Shown here: positions 61,069 through 64,000 of the stretch, in pieces | Position numbering within the stretch: the first letter of the stretch is position 1 | Layout of the letters: each line of letters opens with the position of its first letter | NCBI GenBank assembly: GCA_009103225.1 | Contig: RHPI01002090.1 | Coordinates: 184,625 to 248,624 of the forward strand | From: Chlorokybus atmophyticus | Taxonomy: Eukaryota > Plantae > Mesostigma and Chlorokybus algae | Length of the DNA: 64,000 nt | Reading direction: 5' to 3' | Program-made: the position numbers and the translations under genes | The notes under the pieces: model-generated | The model's input: only the letters and a program-made list of their open reading frames with translations | The model's database searches: none | What the model was told of the DNA's origin: nothing

Positions 61069-63825
61069 TCACTGCGCTGCTGCTATTCCTCCTCCCGTCG
61101 CATGCTGCATGTCAGGCTCGCCATTGCCAATCGGTTTGCCGTTAATAAATGCCTTGAAGAACGCAAAGGTGTGCTTCGGTTGGTCCTACGGAGCCAGCAC
61201 AACATTGCCATCAGCAGGCAATGACAAAAAAAGCAAACGATACCAATGCAAACACTGGTCTATGTGAGCAAATTCTTCATGGCACTGTAAGCTTGCAACT
61301 CACCATGGGCACCATGTGTCCAGCTGACGCAACCCGCAAGAACGTGAGCCCCTGACACACAAACACAAAGCACAGTGTGTCACGAGGGGCCTCCCGGCAG
61401 TTGCATACATACATTGTCAATGGGTCTATTCGGATCCCACTTGCTATGCTATGACCGACAACAGCACCCAGAGCCATGTGAATTTGGCAAATGCACGCAT
61501 GCAGACACATACACATCGCCACACACCTGAGCAGACTTGAGTTCGCCTGCATAGTCGCCTTCGACGGTCCAGGTCTCATTCTTCGCGGAGTTAAACGCGA
61601 GCTTGCCGCTCCACTGCATGCCCGAGACCCAGAGGTAGTTGCCCAGCCAGTTGCAGATCAAATCCTTGTCACCAGCGTAGATGAGCACCTGCGCACACAA
61701 CCGACCCAAGCCATAAGCCCCTTCCTGTGCAATGCTTATCACACAATCAAACAACACAAGCAAGTAAGCCCACCTGAATGCCGTCCTCCAGCATCGGCGG
61801 GATCTTCGGCTCCAGATTTTTCATAATGTCAGCCTGCCACAAGCAGCCGAACACAATAAGTGCAACAACAATAGGTGCAAGTGTCGACAACGCTGCAGTC
61901 GTATAGATGAATATCTCTGCAATCTGCATGCAAGCATAAGAGGTTGGAAAACACCAATTTGATAACAACTCCTACCGCCATTGCGGTGCTGACGATGTTG
62001 GTGCATTCCACGAACTTGCGTTTGACGCCCAGCTGCGCCTGCGTTTCGGGGAGGTTGAGATACCTGTCCAGCAGACTGAAGTCGTAGCAGAGGGGCTTGT
62101 ACGTGCACGGCAGCCTGATGTCGTACACGTTGATGTCGCCGGCATACTCCAGCACGCGGTCAAAAATCTAGAAGGGAGTCCGACATCAGCTTGGTGGAAT
62201 CACCAACTCTACGTACATAAGCAAAGGCTGATGAGAAAGCAGCTCCTCCTTGCTTACCCCACCCTCACAGCGTCCATTTGCGAGCAAGCAAGCAAGCGGT
62301 CCACCGTGGTTATTGCAGCTCTGGATAGCCGCTCGGCAGGAAGGATACTTCCTCTACAAGGGTTGAAGCTGTTGATATGCGTGCATGTGCGCGATGATGC
62401 GCGCGCGCGCGCGCACACATATGTGAGCAACTGCGCGCGCGTGCATGCGTGTGCGTGTTACCAGGGTGGACAAGCATGTGTGCAATGTATGTACGCGTTT
62501 GCTCTACCTGTATGAGGTCACGCTGGACTTCGGTGATGAGGTTGTTACGGAGAGCGTAGTCGGCGTAAGCGCCGTACTGGATCTCAGGGTTTGTCAAGCC
62601 GTTGCCGATGGCCAGACCCTTCAGCTCAATGCGCTTCCATTCAGTGTGCAGGCTTGTATATCGCCCGCTGCTGCCGGCGATGGCCTTGTTGCCGGTGTAA
62701 ATGCGATTGGCCACTGCAGACACCAGATGTTGGCAGGTATACTAGAAGTGTGTTGATGAATCGACAACGCGATAATGCAGTTCATACCTGCCGGCACGTA
62801 GTGTCCACCTGGCCATGCACAGCAGGGGAAGGTGTCAGTCAGAAACAAACCATGACTACTGAAGCAATGGCAGTGATGACTGAAGGTAAGTATATTGTGT
62901 GGACCGCGCAGCATACAGCAATGGTCTAAGCAGCGCGCAAAGCTCACCATAAGATTCGCCTGTTATGTAGAAGTCGCGATCGGCAACCTCTGTGTGCACT
63001 GCCAAAAACTCCTGTGGTGTCCAAGTTTGTTCAGCAGCATGACAGATTGATTGCAGGGAAAGGTGTTGCATGATATACATTGCGATCCTCTCACACCTGC
63101 AGGAAATCGTACATGTCCTCCGCGACGCCCTCCTCATCGGTCACAACATCCCGAGGATCCTGCGAGTATGAAAATCCTGCCGGGGGCAACATCAAGTCAA
63201 ATTCTATGCTGCGCTTCTTGGAAAGGCAGCATTCGGGGTACGGGTCTAACCATACATAACTTCATTGCAGTGTGGTGCAACCTGTGTCGATGGGCTGGTC
63301 TACAAAGATCATGTTGGCCGCCTTGTCCCAGCCATACTCGGTGTATGACAGCGTGTAGTTCTCGTGCAGGTCCCACGGCCCGTTCTCATAGAAAACAGCC
63401 AGCGAGGAGCTGCAAAGCCAAGGCAGTATTAGGTCTGTTGTCATGATCTACTAGCATGGATCGACTGTCCTCATCAGGTTCAGTATGTGCACGGAACAAG
63501 AACAGCTGTGCCCTGGGCTGTGAGCTCAAGTTGTCGTTTCATGCCGTGTTGCATAAAGTGAAGCCTACCTGCAGCCTGGGCCGCCCGTCATCCACAGCAC
63601 GAGCGGGTCTTTTGCAGGGTCGCCTCGCGACTCAAAGTAGTAGTAGAACATGCGCGCGTCGTGCGTGCGGTCGAGCTTGAAGTAACCCGTGTACTGCTTG
63701 CTCTCCTTCGCATTCGCACCAGTGTACGCGCCGACGACACTCTCCAACAAGCGCGGTTCACTCCACAGCGCACCCGCACTATTGTCTTGTTGCTCATTTG
63801 CTGCTGCGATCAAGTTGGCAGAAGA
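61069..63825 (-). CDS. Serine carboxypeptidase S10 (SCPL48/49, CPY-like); 5' end lies beyond the window
   Basis: [41 protein letters not shown] / [11 protein letters not shown] / [12 protein letters not shown] / FYITGESYG / [15 protein letters not shown] / [16 protein letters not shown] / [13 protein letters not shown] / DQPK. Catalytic Ser, Asp and His motifs are intact. Confidence 0.96.
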
Positions 63826-64000
63826 CTTCGTTGCCAAACAATGCCAGTAAAGTATTGTACTCTGTGTGCTGAACACATGCTCACATGACAGTGCACTGGT
63901 GCCTACTATGTATGCAATGTAGTGGGTGAGCACTTGCAACCACATTGTCACAGGCATTCAGCATATAGTCAAAGAAGTTGAACCCTCGCTGTTTGGCAAC

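Overview
Intron-rich eukaryotic DNA (GT-AG introns), most consistent with a green alga: it has a nuclear-encoded plastid ClpC with a transit peptide and plant/algal-type MTR3, DUS3 and U2. All gene models below were spliced and translated by hand, with no database search. Conserved genes: ClpC (partial), exosome MTR3/RRP41L, Rab24-like GTPase, ACINUS, DUS3, ETF-beta, U2 snRNA, WDR20-like, a serine carboxypeptidase (partial), a GT29 sialyltransferase-like protein and a large calponin-homology/coiled-coil protein. Two duplication-rich zones: about 24-31 kb (tandem paralogue pair and a complex repeat array with an 86-bp fold-back) and about 40.9-51.5 kb (U2 3' duplications, an ~830-bp direct repeat and two F-box/LRR pseudogenes). 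Best candidates for new biology: (1) a signal peptide + p23/CS (Hsp90 co-chaperone) domain + redox-inactive a-b-b'-a' PDI scaffold + REEL protein, i.e. a putative ER-lumenal p23; (2) a prion-like Q/P/G/M/Y protein with four copies of a small DnaJ-like Cys4 module; (3) an IPT/TIG-GT29 fusion with a degenerate catalytic C-terminus.
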